Assembly (NCBI GenBank): GCA_016198275.1
Contig: JACQIX010000019.1
Span: 1 to 61,531, forward strand
Direction: 5' to 3'
Source: Candidatus Daviesbacteria bacterium
Lineage (GTDB): Bacteria > Patescibacteriota > Microgenomatia > Daviesbacterales > UBA10151
DNA: 61,531 nucleotides
In this document: positions 49,301 through 58,230 of the stretch, piece after piece
Layout: each line of letters opens with the position of its first letter
How positions within the stretch are numbered: the first letter of the stretch is position 1
Program-made: the position numbers and the translations under genes
Notes under the pieces: model-generated
Database searches by the model: none
Told to the model about the DNA's origin: nothing
Seen by the model: only the letters and a program-made list of their open reading frames with translations

Positions 49301-50434
49301 ACACAATGTATAGCAGATTACGGTTTTGCCTTGTGGAAATTGAAGAAATATCCAGAATGCCTAGATACTTTTGCTGAGGTGATTGATTTATTCGATCAAT
49401 TACCAGATCCAAGACAAAATTTACGAGTCTTAGGTTTACTAAAAATGACCTCAAATGCTCTTATCTACTTTCAAAAAACCGTTAACCCGGAGTTTAGAAA
49501 TATTGGAATTCCATATACAGAGCCTTTTTCCGGCTCCTTTAGCCAACTGGAATTTAGTGAAAAACTTCGTGCGCTACCGATACCACCGCATATTTCTCTT
49601 TGGACATTTCTTGCTGAGATTGAGTATGAGCTGGGTATAGGAAACAAAATATACGATAAATTAATGAGCGTTTATTCACGATTGCCTGTTCTCTTTCAAG
49701 CAGAAGCTAAAAAATTGGCCGTTTTAAAATTGTTGAGGGTTGGTAATCTAACAGGTCTTCTTTCAGATCTGGTGGACTTTTTTACTCTTACAAACATATC
49801 CGTAGTTACCGAGAATAGGCATGAGTTAATTAAAAAACTTACAGACGAAGATTATGAACGAGCAATCGAGCGTCATGGTCCAGCCATTGTGAATGTTATT
49901 GCTTTTTCAACACTTAGCTTTATATCAGATAATCCTTATGAAAAGCTTCCTAACGAAGAATGGCAGCTGCAAGCAAAAAAACTGGGATTGGATGAATGTG
50001 TGGAATGGCCAGAATATATAAATGCTATTCCCAAAATGACTTCTACTGAAGCTCACAGAATTATAAAAGATAGATCCGCAAATGTTGCACTAAGAGTGTT
50101 GGCCTCAGTTTATATTCTGACTCATGATGATGACCGCGATTACTCACTTTACGCTAGCGCTTTACTTACAGCCTCTATTAAAGACTATACTTTATTCTCT
50201 GGTGAACTTGGGAAATACTTGTCAGCATTGGTTTCTAGGAGGTGGAAAGATATTGCGACAAATTTAAATAGAATTTGGCATGATGAAGAATCAAAGCGGG
50301 TTTTAGTTGCCTGTGCTGATAAGGAAAGTCGTGGTCTAAAAAAAGCAGCAAAGATAGCATTAGTTGCAAGTGACATTTCGTTCTTAAAGATAGATAATAT
50401 TAAAGGGAAGCTTAAAGAAATCGCTGACAATTGA
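46370..50434 (+). CDS. Single-gene STAND-like candidate antiphage protein: Cap4/DUF4297-type PD-(D/E)xK nuclease + P-loop NTPase + long helical TPR-like C-terminal region (Avs/bNACHT-like)
   Basis: 1354 aa (alternative ATG at 46394). The N-terminus has AIKGYIYQ...LYLEGAEDFDV...TQVKD, the GxxYQ / E-x-x-ED / QxK pattern of Cap4-type nucleases. Walker A is IRGSTGMGKSLLS (47348-47371) and Walker B is NYILDDINFD. About 800 residues of helical repeats follow, e.g. AAFAYRDAAVAAAQTNDWVTAAKYFKSAS. Confidence 0.65.
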   Translation: MGIFYGRNMEDRIEPLEAEQARQATDAIKGYIYQIWQSLYKWIHLADEEILYLEGAEDFDVLSPDKSVTTQVKDLSKTLTLRSPEITEAISNFWKLRQREKRNVIFQFLTTAEKGQEQGNPFNGFTGLNYWEQCKNGGNTSHIKKFLLRLKGLPPELTKFIKTSSNAEFLKELIIPIEWNTGEGNLEEVRKQVENDLIVYGEKHKYSASDSKRAAAILYDKVCTILCIKDLRQRCLTKASFIEAFEDALSEKVSKSELILLRKTQSQFTEIIQDLSNFLGMGASGKTVNFQVTNPYIVNKNLFITRGKLVAQVHQKLSKTDFLLIRGSTGMGKSLLSLDAVDHDRDNWRWISFRKLSGIQINEVLHGLYDVVSGDILNYILDDINFDSDYSLYEQSFERFVNLLRNSDKKIIVTSQKKIPSRLGLKLGLSNVNEIIVNNFDTDEVTSLLRLNSCPGTDLNLWVKDIQITTRSHPQLAHARARRLSQEHWDKSKAILRTEELTEVRREVVGNLMSELPSTESRDLLLRLSILTGSFKLKNALILAKYPTLIKTPGVFFNQLIGPYVEQVAEDSYRLSPLLDNAFQSNFSPDEIRTLHAVAGESYLSKTLNPDDFSNILLHGVTSESGRLLTFAFSAFLSIKGPYKKLIYPHIDWITMVHIGTGRLAFPQDEIMNLMFRYIQFSVAVETSNAKFALAVADVWFEEINKFTGKGPLQKLDKHINLFPFMFYLSVFRYNDLAIPISKCVEWLISALGFIEKNPEINTIFKPRWKEENLSWIELTLEVALTKRINSSNIDEFMSAIANQKNGDRLLKLIDDHDTLPKRIVDNVWLDQIDSKTPDWQKALAQLEKIREFTLRNKAVNISAIAVRSIALIKNEYLQDKKGAVKAIADGIKALDKHPELINYEAKIAFIDRDYITALKIWNRVLPDLAKHGDLTAAFAYRDAAVAAAQTNDWVTAAKYFKSASSYTGKQNEKIFRTQCIADYGFALWKLKKYPECLDTFAEVIDLFDQLPDPRQNLRVLGLLKMTSNALIYFQKTVNPEFRNIGIPYTEPFSGSFSQLEFSEKLRALPIPPHISLWTFLAEIEYELGIGNKIYDKLMSVYSRLPVLFQAEAKKLAVLKLLRVGNLTGLLSDLVDFFTLTNISVVTENRHELIKKLTDEDYERAIERHGPAIVNVIAFSTLSFISDNPYEKLPNEEWQLQAKKLGLDECVEWPEYINAIPKMTSTEAHRIIKDRSANVALRVLASVYILTHDDDRDYSLYASALLTASIKDYTLFSGELGKYLSALVSRRWKDIATNLNRIWHDEESKRVLVACADKESRGLKKAAKIALVASDISFLKIDNIKGKLKEIADN

Positions 50435-50435
50435 G

Positions 50436-50460
50436 GCTATATGGTAACCTATTTGAACAG
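50436..50460. other. Putative attR
   Basis: The sequence is GCTATATGGTAACCTATTTGAACAG. It shares AACC (50446-50449) with attL, and CCTATTT mirrors AAATAGG at attL. It lies 12 bp after the stop of the STAND-like gene. Confidence 0.35.
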
Positions 50461-50518
50461 CATTTCAAACGTTGTCATTACCCAAATTAAGAAATTTGGG
50501 TCCCACTATCCCAATTGA

Positions 50519-51958
50519 TTAATTTATGGTGTGTAAAATTAAAATCTTATCCCGATCTTTTTTCAGTATTTGGTAATTTTTTTCTAAAAGATTAAAGTTT
50601 TCTACTCTCCAATTATTTGTAATTAACAAAAACTCATCCTTACTATTTAAGAGAGCAATAAATTCTTCTTGTTTGATTGGTGCTTTATCTACTCTGTCTT
50701 TTTCAGAATAAAATAATGCAGCTGGCGCAAAGTCGCCATCTACCAAAAGTTGTTGAGGGTACTTGCCTGCCTCTTTTGAAAGAATTGCTTCATCCGAGAC
50801 AAAAGCTGGAATATCAATAAATTGATACCAAATCATTTTAACCTGGCTGAAATAAATTAAAGAACTAAACAGTAACACAATTGCATATAGATAATATCTT
50901 AACTTATGGAAATATTTTTCTAAAATTATATAAGTTAATCCAAAATAAGATAAAAATAAAATAGGGAAAAGTGGAATTAAATACCAAATTTGTACTTTGG
51001 GAGAAAAAATTGTTGGTAGAATAAAAGAAATAAAAAATACCATTAAGATAAAAAATCTTTTTTGTCTGAAAATAGTTGATAATATCAATGATAAGATTGA
51101 AGGCCAAAACCATCGTCCAATGCCATAATATAGATAATCTTTGGTAAGCTTAAAATTGGCCAAATAAGTAGATTGTAAGTTTACTTCTTTAAGTCCTATA
51201 CTGAAATAATGTTGGATATAACCAGGATTCTGAATTATTTGAATAATAAACCAACCTAAACCAGTTATTGAAAATATTAAAATTGGTATCATTAAATCTT
51301 TCCACAGAAAGGTATTTTTTTTGTAAAAAATTATGATTAAAGTGGGAATAATTGCTAAAGGTACCATTGTCTTTGTCAAGAGAAGTAAAGCTAAACTTAT
51401 TGCTAAAAACAGAAGATATTTTTTCTTTTCAGATGCCATAAGTCCTAAAAGTATGCTTAGAAGAAAAAACATGGTTAAAATGATGTCAAGATTGCCTGTA
51501 CGGGATCTGAAAATAAACCAAGTTGCAGATGTCAAAGAGATGGCCGATGATAGACCAACTAAGGGATTAAACAGCTTTTTACCCAGTAAGTATAGTAAAG
51601 CAATACTGATAATGCCAGCTAGAGCTGATGGAAATCTAGTCCAAAATTCATTTATCCCAAATATCTTATATGTTAAAGCCATTAGCCAATAACCCGCTGG
51701 AGGATGATCGAAATAGGGATGTCCATTCCAAGTTAAGTTAATGTAATCTTCTGATTTGACAATGTTTCTGGCAACCGTAGCATACCATGCTTCATCCCAA
51801 CTGATCAGCGATGTCTGTCCTAATTTATAGAAAAATAGGGGAAGAAATAGTGGGACTATTATAAAAAATAAAAAAAAGCTCTTCATCAAAGTTAGTATAT
51901 CATCATATAATGGAACTATGGTTAAATCACTTCTTTTAATTTTGATTGCCTTTAACAT
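50519..51958 (-). CDS. GT-C glycosyltransferase, ArnT/PMT (family 39/83)-like
   Basis: 479 aa and polytopic. SWDEAWYATVARNIVKSEDY...YFDHPPAGYWLMALTYKIFGINEFWTRFPSALAG is the typical first-loop region of ArnT/PMT_2 enzymes. The start may be the Met at 51886. Confidence 0.75.
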   Translation of the reverse strand: MLKAIKIKRSDLTIVPLYDDILTLMKSFFLFFIIVPLFLPLFFYKLGQTSLISWDEAWYATVARNIVKSEDYINLTWNGHPYFDHPPAGYWLMALTYKIFGINEFWTRFPSALAGIISIALLYLLGKKLFNPLVGLSSAISLTSATWFIFRSRTGNLDIILTMFFLLSILLGLMASEKKKYLLFLAISLALLLLTKTMVPLAIIPTLIIIFYKKNTFLWKDLMIPILIFSITGLGWFIIQIIQNPGYIQHYFSIGLKEVNLQSTYLANFKLTKDYLYYGIGRWFWPSILSLILSTIFRQKRFFILMVFFISFILPTIFSPKVQIWYLIPLFPILFLSYFGLTYIILEKYFHKLRYYLYAIVLLFSSLIYFSQVKMIWYQFIDIPAFVSDEAILSKEAGKYPQQLLVDGDFAPAALFYSEKDRVDKAPIKQEEFIALLNSKDEFLLITNNWRVENFNLLEKNYQILKKDRDKILILHTIN

Positions 51959-53435
51959 AATTTTAAACGCTTATTGGTTGTTACTAGGTGATATTCATTA
52001 CGATATAGATGTTTCAAGGGATTTTTTAGTTATTGACGATATCATCAGAAATAATCATCTAACATTATTAGGTCCCAGATCAGGAGCAATACCTGGGGTT
52101 TTCCATGGTCCGTTATGGTTTTACGTTAACCTGCCAGCTTTTTTATTTGGCGGGGGAAATCCATTAATAGTTGGTTGGTTTTGGTTTTTATTATCAGCCA
52201 TTTTTTTATTAGTGGTATTTTGGGTGGCAAAAAAATTATTTGGTTTTGAAATAGGATTGCTTTCTGCTCTTCTTCTTTCTGTTAACTCCATAGTAAATCC
52301 CACAATTGGCTTGAAAAACTTTTATAACCCATATGGGGCAGTATTCTTATCGCCTATATTTTTCTTTTCTTTTTATAAATACATTATTACTTATAAGTTT
52401 AAATATCTAATTTACAGTCTTTTTATATTGGGACTGATTATTCAATTCCAGATGGCTTTTGGGGTGCCGATATTTTTTGCCATAACTCCATTGATTATTT
52501 ACCTATTATATAAAAAGAAAAGAATATGGCATTTATTGTCTTACTTTATTCTACTGATTCCCCTGTCTTCTTTTATCATATTCGATCTTAAGCACAACGG
52601 ATTACAGTTTAAAGCTTTGATTCGTTACCTAAATGAAACAAGTGAAGTTATCAATCTTTTGGATATTTTTAAACTTAGGATAAATGAGTTTACTTTTAAT
52701 TTTTTCGATTTTCTCTCTCCTGGAAAAAATATTCTGACTGCTTTTTATGCAATCAATTTTTTAATATTATTTCCATATAGTTTAAGAAAAAGCAACAGAC
52801 AGCAGAAAACAGCGTACTTCATATTTGGCTATTTATTTTTAGGATTTTGGGTCATAACTTTATTTTTTCCTGGGGGAGTGGGCAATTATTTCTGGCCGCT
52901 TTTACCTTTAACAATCATTATATTTTGTTCATTTTACAATTTTATAAAGAAGGAAATCTTTATACTATTTTTCCTGATACTTTATTTGGTAAATTTTTAT
53001 GAGGGAATTTTGGCAATTTTAGAATTTAAGACAGATGTTAATCAAAGAGGTCCTCATAGTTGGGCATTTAATTTGCAAGTTGCTAAAAAAATATATGATG
53101 ATGCCAAAGATGATTTTGGATATTTTAATTTTTCACCAGACAGATTTGCCTATCAACAAAGGTATGCCATGATTTATACAAAAAAGTTTTTTCCAAATAT
53201 TTATTCTTTTTCCTCAATCAAAAAACCTCTTACGTATTTAGTTGAGGTAGACCCGCCTAAAGACAGATCATATCTAAATGGTACTAACTGGAGAATTGCT
53301 GATGTGAAGATTGATAGAGAACCGGATCAGGTGTTTAGATTGGATTTTATTAAAATAGAAAAATATTGGCTAAGTGATGATGAAATCAAAAAACCATCAA
53401 ACCCTTATTTGCAAGACTCGCTGTTTCTTCAATAA
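51918..53435 (+). CDS. Polytopic membrane protein, probable GT-C-fold glycosyltransferase paralogue
   Basis: 505 aa. The N-terminal loop DIDVSRDFLVIDDI...LLGPRSGAIPGVFHGPLWFY parallels the 55831 and 59675 proteins. Confidence 0.45.
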   Translation: MVKSLLLILIAFNIILNAYWLLLGDIHYDIDVSRDFLVIDDIIRNNHLTLLGPRSGAIPGVFHGPLWFYVNLPAFLFGGGNPLIVGWFWFLLSAIFLLVVFWVAKKLFGFEIGLLSALLLSVNSIVNPTIGLKNFYNPYGAVFLSPIFFFSFYKYIITYKFKYLIYSLFILGLIIQFQMAFGVPIFFAITPLIIYLLYKKKRIWHLLSYFILLIPLSSFIIFDLKHNGLQFKALIRYLNETSEVINLLDIFKLRINEFTFNFFDFLSPGKNILTAFYAINFLILFPYSLRKSNRQQKTAYFIFGYLFLGFWVITLFFPGGVGNYFWPLLPLTIIIFCSFYNFIKKEIFILFFLILYLVNFYEGILAILEFKTDVNQRGPHSWAFNLQVAKKIYDDAKDDFGYFNFSPDRFAYQQRYAMIYTKKFFPNIYSFSSIKKPLTYLVEVDPPKDRSYLNGTNWRIADVKIDREPDQVFRLDFIKIEKYWLSDDEIKKPSNPYLQDSLFLQ

Positions 53436-55790
53436 TATAATAATTATTATTACCAGAGAAACAGCACTGATTATTGCTCCGTATTTTAAAGATTTCGGAG
53501 CATATTTGAATTCAACAGTGTGGTTGCCTTTTGGTAAAAAAATACCTCTAAAATTATAATTTGTTCTATGGATAGCAGTTTCCTTGCCGTCAATCATTGC
53601 TTTCCATCCAGGATAGAAGGAATCAAGGACTACCAGAAAAGCGTCAATATTTGAAGTGGTTTTGATTTGAACATGAGAATTAGTTAAAGGAGTATAGATT
53701 AAGTTAGCTTCTAGATCTTGGGGAGAGGTATTGTCAAATTTAAAGTCTTGGGTGATTGAGGTTGTTTCAATAGGGAAATCCTTATCTATTAAAAGTTTTA
53801 AAGTTTCTAATTCCGATGCTTTAATTACTCTTTTTGTTAAATACGCTCTTGGCAGGCTTTGGCTGTTTTCCAAAATTGCTATTCCTTTGTCTTCAAAAAC
53901 CTCTTTGTATTTTGGCGGGATAGTAACAGACACTTGCCCGCTACTGCTAACCCTGCCTTGATCACCTATTTTTAGAGCCACCAGAAAACGGGTATTAGTC
54001 ATGTCTAATATTTTGGAATTAAAATTTCCCACAAGGCCCCATCTAGGTTTAGGAGCCGTTTCAATGTTAGAAGAATCCACCACAGCCAATAATTTAGCTA
54101 TGTTTAAAGGATAAATCCCGTCATATCCTTGTATGGAAGAAATTTTAAAAGTAATCCACATATTGGCAGGAAAAACATCTCTTTCGGCAATCACTCTATC
54201 GTTAGGAAATTTTTCCAAAAACTTTGAAATAGGGGTTTGAGGATAAATGAAATCAGCACTGGAAAAGGTATTGAACTTAAGCCCAAAACGAAATAATTCG
54301 ACAGTCAGAATAAAGATAAAAATTAACTGGCCAATCAAAATAAAAAACCCAGACTTATTTAAAAACTTATTTAGGATTAAAATAACAAAAAAAACAGTTA
54401 CTATAATTAAAAGAGGCAAAAAAAGATTTCTTAAACTAATGTTAATATTTTTTAATAGAACATCAATATCACTTATTGAAACTTGTAATAAACTGATGGT
54501 ATTGATTAAAAGATATTTGCATATTAACAGGCCAATCAATACTCCTAAAATGATTGATAAAATTGCTAAAGCAGGTTTTAAACTTAATTTGTAATTTTTA
54601 CTCACTTGAGATACTCCATATGCTCCCAAAATAGATAAGGATAAATTTATTAAAAAATTTGCCCGGTTCATGGTAATTGATTGACCACCCCAAAGACCCA
54701 ACTTATATAAAAAGATACTTAAGGGGTTTGAGATAGAAAAAATTAGAGTTACAATTAATAAGCAAAGAGCAAATTTTATTTCGGTTTTACCGAAAAATTT
54801 CTTTAATCCTAATAAAGAAAATATCAATGTTGTTACTCCTGCATAGATGGTTGTGTCCATATTATCTCCCCTGCCCCAAAAATTACCGGTTGCCGGATTA
54901 CCAAAAAAATCAGGTGCCGCTAGATTGATAAGATTTTCAGGTGCAAAAAAAGGCACATTTTCATCTATAGTTTCAACTATTCTTTGAGAAACTTGAATAA
55001 GCTCGGCAACAGGGAGTAAAAAGACAGCGCTTAGGGAAATACCTAATATAATAAAAAAAAGGATGGTTACATCTGATAGGTATTTTTTAGATCTGAATAG
55101 AAACCAAAGTGCCATCCCCAAAAAAGTAAAAGGAATAACAGGCAGGTAGCCTGCCAATATTTGTAAGAAAATAAAGATACTAAGAATTGCACCCCACTTA
55201 ATCTTTCTTGTAATTAGATATTTATCTTCCAATAAAATTAAGATGGGAAAAAAAAGACTGGTGGTGGCCTGGGTATTCCATTGGATCCATAAAATCGTAG
55301 AACCGCCAAACCCGTAAGCAACCGCACCAAACACTGAAGGAAATTTGCCTAAATTTAAATGCCTTAAAAGCAAATACATAAAGAATGCAGCCAGAATAGG
55401 TTGTGACATGACCTGAAGAGTCCAGGCAATATGTGAAGATAAAAAGAGATAGAAAATCATTGTCGGAAAAAGTACCCCGACTTGAACGTTTGCAAATAAT
55501 GGATATCCGCCAAACATATAAGGATTCCATAAAGGCAGTTCTCCTTTTTTAGCAAAATCCGCTACCAATGATTTGAAAGGATAATAGAGCGATACTGCAT
55601 CAGAAAGTTTGGAGTTTTGGACAGGTACACCAACCGTATAATTTCCCCATTTATAGTTTAGCCAAGGATAATAGGCTCCTACAATTAAATCAGTAGGCAA
55701 AGGAATCAACCCTAAAAAAATTTTATAAAAAAATATTAAGGTAATTAATGTAAAAAAAACTAAAGCCAAAATTGCTTCTTTTAAACTCAT
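53397..55790 (-). CDS. YfhO-family membrane protein (GT-C-type glycosyltransferase)
   Basis: About 797 aa from the ATG at 55790. The track start at 55847 would overlap the divergent gene. YYPWLNYKWG...SDAVSLYYPFKSLVADFAKKGELPLWNPYMFGGYPLFANVQ is typical of YfhO. Confidence 0.7.
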   Translation of the reverse strand: MSLKEAILALVFFTLITLIFFYKIFLGLIPLPTDLIVGAYYPWLNYKWGNYTVGVPVQNSKLSDAVSLYYPFKSLVADFAKKGELPLWNPYMFGGYPLFANVQVGVLFPTMIFYLFLSSHIAWTLQVMSQPILAAFFMYLLLRHLNLGKFPSVFGAVAYGFGGSTILWIQWNTQATTSLFFPILILLEDKYLITRKIKWGAILSIFIFLQILAGYLPVIPFTFLGMALWFLFRSKKYLSDVTILFFIILGISLSAVFLLPVAELIQVSQRIVETIDENVPFFAPENLINLAAPDFFGNPATGNFWGRGDNMDTTIYAGVTTLIFSLLGLKKFFGKTEIKFALCLLIVTLIFSISNPLSIFLYKLGLWGGQSITMNRANFLINLSLSILGAYGVSQVSKNYKLSLKPALAILSIILGVLIGLLICKYLLINTISLLQVSISDIDVLLKNINISLRNLFLPLLIIVTVFFVILILNKFLNKSGFFILIGQLIFIFILTVELFRFGLKFNTFSSADFIYPQTPISKFLEKFPNDRVIAERDVFPANMWITFKISSIQGYDGIYPLNIAKLLAVVDSSNIETAPKPRWGLVGNFNSKILDMTNTRFLVALKIGDQGRVSSSGQVSVTIPPKYKEVFEDKGIAILENSQSLPRAYLTKRVIKASELETLKLLIDKDFPIETTSITQDFKFDNTSPQDLEANLIYTPLTNSHVQIKTTSNIDAFLVVLDSFYPGWKAMIDGKETAIHRTNYNFRGIFLPKGNHTVEFKYAPKSLKYGAIISAVSLVIIIIILLKKQRVLQIRV

Positions 55791-55830
55791 ATTATGAGTA
55801 TACTTATACTTAATAAAAAAATATACAGTA

Positions 55831-57309
55831 ATGAAGAAAACATACATTATTTTGTTGCTGATACTACTTTTAGGTTTATTTTTTAGGATTTATAAATTAG
55901 AAATTTTTTATTCCTGGGGTCATGACCAAGATCTTTTTGCCTGGATTGCAAAAGATATTTTAGTTGATTATCATCCCAGACTTATTGGCCAAGAAACTAG
56001 TATTACAGGAGTATTTATAGGCCCTTTGTTCTATTATCTGATTGCTTTAAGCTTTGCTGTTTTTAAAATGAATCCTTTAAGCGCTGCCATTGTAACAACC
56101 ACTATTAGCCTTTTTACAATTTTAAGTATTTATTGGGTTTTTAACAAATTTTTTGGACTAAGTGCTGGGCTTATTGGATCTTTTTTATATGCTGTCTCGC
56201 CAGGGGTAGTTTTCGGAGATCGTTGGGTAGTGCCGACTCAACCAACACCTCTTTGGACAATATGGTATTTTTACGTTCTTTTTTCAATCTTGAATGGGAA
56301 TCTAAAAGTTTTGATACCTTTAAGTATTTTAGTTGGTTTAATCTGGCATGTTCATATTGCTTTTATACCCCTATTGATATTGCTGCCGGTAGCCTTTTTG
56401 TTGTCAGAAAAAAGAGATAAGTTAAGATTTAGTTTAAAAAGTATTACAATTTCGTTGTTAATATTTTTTGTGCTCATCTCACCTTTTTTTGCTTTTGAAT
56501 TCAGACATAATTTCCAGCAGACCAAAAGTTTAATCGGGGCAACCTATCAAGATAGAGGAGATTTAACCGGACTTGAGAGATTAATTAAGGTGCTAAGTTC
56601 TGGCGGAAGAGCTTTAGTCGGTACATTTGTTTTAAGTAATACTGCCATTGAATTGGAACAATCTTTTACAGTAACTATGCCATTCATACTAATATTGATA
56701 ACACTCTATTTACGGTTTACTCGAATCTTAAACAAAAACCAGGTAAAACTTCTTTTAGTTTGGTATCTAATCGTTTTTTTGGGCCAGTTTTTATCAAAAA
56801 GAATAATAACAGAATACTATTTTAGTAATCTTATTGTCATATTTATTTTAATATTATCTCTTTTTTTAAATAGAATTAATATTTTTTTGAGAAAATTTCC
56901 ACTTTCAATTATTGTTTTATCAATTTATTTAATAGTAGTTACAGTTTGGTTTATTAACAAACCTGATGATCTGGGAGGGTATTTATATAAAAGACAGGCA
57001 ATAGAATATATTAAAAATGATGTAAGCAGCAAAGGGTATCGTTGTATTGCCATAAATCATATTGAAAACCAAAAAGGAGGTGCGACTGGTTTTAGATATT
57101 TATTCTGGCTTAATAAATTATTAGTAGTCACATCAGGCAATGACGTACCTGTCTACAGTATAGTAAATCCTTGGTTGATTTCTGAAAAAGAAATTAAAGC
57201 CAAATTCGGTAATATTGGAGTTATCATTCCAGCGGGGAATAAGATCGATCCGGAAATTTGTTATCAACAATATCGCCAATTACTGCCTTTATGGGGATTT
57301 AATAATTAA
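55831..57309 (+). CDS. Polytopic membrane protein, probable GT-C-fold glycosyltransferase (paralogue of 59675..61180)
   Basis: 492 aa. Long blocks are shared with the 59675 protein, e.g. RWVVPTQPTPLWTIWYFYV / RWVVPTVTTSLWSIWYFYT, GLIWHVHIAF / GLIWHIHIAL and GFRYLFWL / GFRYLFYL. Confidence 0.5.
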   Translation: MKKTYIILLLILLLGLFFRIYKLEIFYSWGHDQDLFAWIAKDILVDYHPRLIGQETSITGVFIGPLFYYLIALSFAVFKMNPLSAAIVTTTISLFTILSIYWVFNKFFGLSAGLIGSFLYAVSPGVVFGDRWVVPTQPTPLWTIWYFYVLFSILNGNLKVLIPLSILVGLIWHVHIAFIPLLILLPVAFLLSEKRDKLRFSLKSITISLLIFFVLISPFFAFEFRHNFQQTKSLIGATYQDRGDLTGLERLIKVLSSGGRALVGTFVLSNTAIELEQSFTVTMPFILILITLYLRFTRILNKNQVKLLLVWYLIVFLGQFLSKRIITEYYFSNLIVIFILILSLFLNRINIFLRKFPLSIIVLSIYLIVVTVWFINKPDDLGGYLYKRQAIEYIKNDVSSKGYRCIAINHIENQKGGATGFRYLFWLNKLLVVTSGNDVPVYSIVNPWLISEKEIKAKFGNIGVIIPAGNKIDPEICYQQYRQLLPLWGFNN

Positions 57310-57317
57310 ATCTAAAA

Positions 57318-58151
57318 ATGATGAGGAAGTTAGATAAAAATTCTATACGAACACTGATTCCTAAGAGATCAATAGATGCCAATAAAGGAACTTTTGGTAA
57401 GGTTTTGGTGATTGGCGGGTCCAAAAATTATCCAGGGGCAGCGTACTTTGTTTGTGCTGCTGCTTATCGGGTTGGGGCAGGGTTAGTTACTTTGGCAACA
57501 GAGGATATTGTTAAGATTATTGTTTCAAAAAAATTACCGGAGGTTACCTTTTTATCTTCAAATGAAGTTTTTGAAAAAATCGACAATTATGATGTTTTAT
57601 GTGTAGGTCCTGGTTTAGGTACAAACACTGCGGCTGCCAAATTAGTAAAACAACTTTTAATTAAAAAGTTACCCCCAAAAGTGATTGATGGGGATGGGTT
57701 AAATTTACTTTCCAAAATGGAAGTTTGGTGGGAAAAGTTAGATGGGGAAGTAGTTTTAACACCTCATCCAGGAGAATTTTCCAGATTAACAGGATTAAGT
57801 ATAGAAAGGATTCAATCTGATCGGGAGAATGTTGCTCTACAATTTGCCAAAAAATGGGGGAAAACTGTTGTTTTAAAAGGAGCAAATACTATAGTGGCCT
57901 TCCCTGGTGGCGGGGTAGTAATCAGTCCGTTTGCTAATCCCCTGCTTGCTACTGCTGGTACCGGTGATATATTAGCGGGGGTAATTAGCGGATTTTTAGC
58001 CCAAGGATTAAATAGTTTTGAGGCTGCAATTTGTGCTACTTATATTCACGGATTGGCAGGTGAGAAATTAAAAGTTTTATTTGGTAAAGCAGGAGCTTTA
58101 GCAAGTGATTTATTACCACTTTTACCACAAATTATTAAAGAATTAGTATAA
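57318..58151 (+). CDS. nnrD: ADP/ATP-dependent NAD(P)H-hydrate dehydratase (YjeF C-terminal domain)
   Basis: 277 aa with GTFGKVLVIGGSKNYPGAAYF, VVLKGANT and ATAGTGDILAGVISGFLAQG. Confidence 0.85.
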   Translation: MMRKLDKNSIRTLIPKRSIDANKGTFGKVLVIGGSKNYPGAAYFVCAAAYRVGAGLVTLATEDIVKIIVSKKLPEVTFLSSNEVFEKIDNYDVLCVGPGLGTNTAAAKLVKQLLIKKLPPKVIDGDGLNLLSKMEVWWEKLDGEVVLTPHPGEFSRLTGLSIERIQSDRENVALQFAKKWGKTVVLKGANTIVAFPGGGVVISPFANPLLATAGTGDILAGVISGFLAQGLNSFEAAICATYIHGLAGEKLKVLFGKAGALASDLLPLLPQIIKELV

Positions 58152-58230
58152 ATATATATATTTTTAAAATTACTACCTTGACATTTAAATTAAATCTTGT
58201 TAATTATTATATTAATTATCACTTTAAATC

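Larger units (their letters stand above)
14891..50449. mobile_element. Integrated ~35.6-kb element: serine-recombinase/Xis module, primase, TerS-like/TerL, copper-thiol cargo, STAND-like defence gene
   Basis: The left end is defined by a large serine recombinase whose stop abuts the secA stop. Phage-type replication and packaging genes follow, then accessory cargo. The right end is where AT-rich backbone glycosyltransferase genes resume. The proposed crossover is the AACC present at both 14891-14894 and 50446-50449. Confidence 0.65.

Noticed and set aside
50421-50447. Dyad symmetry in the reconstructed attP (left arm from 50421-50445 joined to 14895-14916)
   Set aside because: Only about 8 of 22 positions match between the arms, so attP symmetry gives no real support for the junction model. 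The model rests on the secA stop reconstruction and the attB dyad.
51333-51692. 119-aa plus-strand ORF inside the GT39-like gene (also 54247..54594, 60189..60401 and 60444..60701 inside other GT-C genes)
   Set aside because: These are long antisense ORFs of the kind expected by chance in very AT-rich, Lys/Ile/Phe-codon-rich membrane genes. No motifs.
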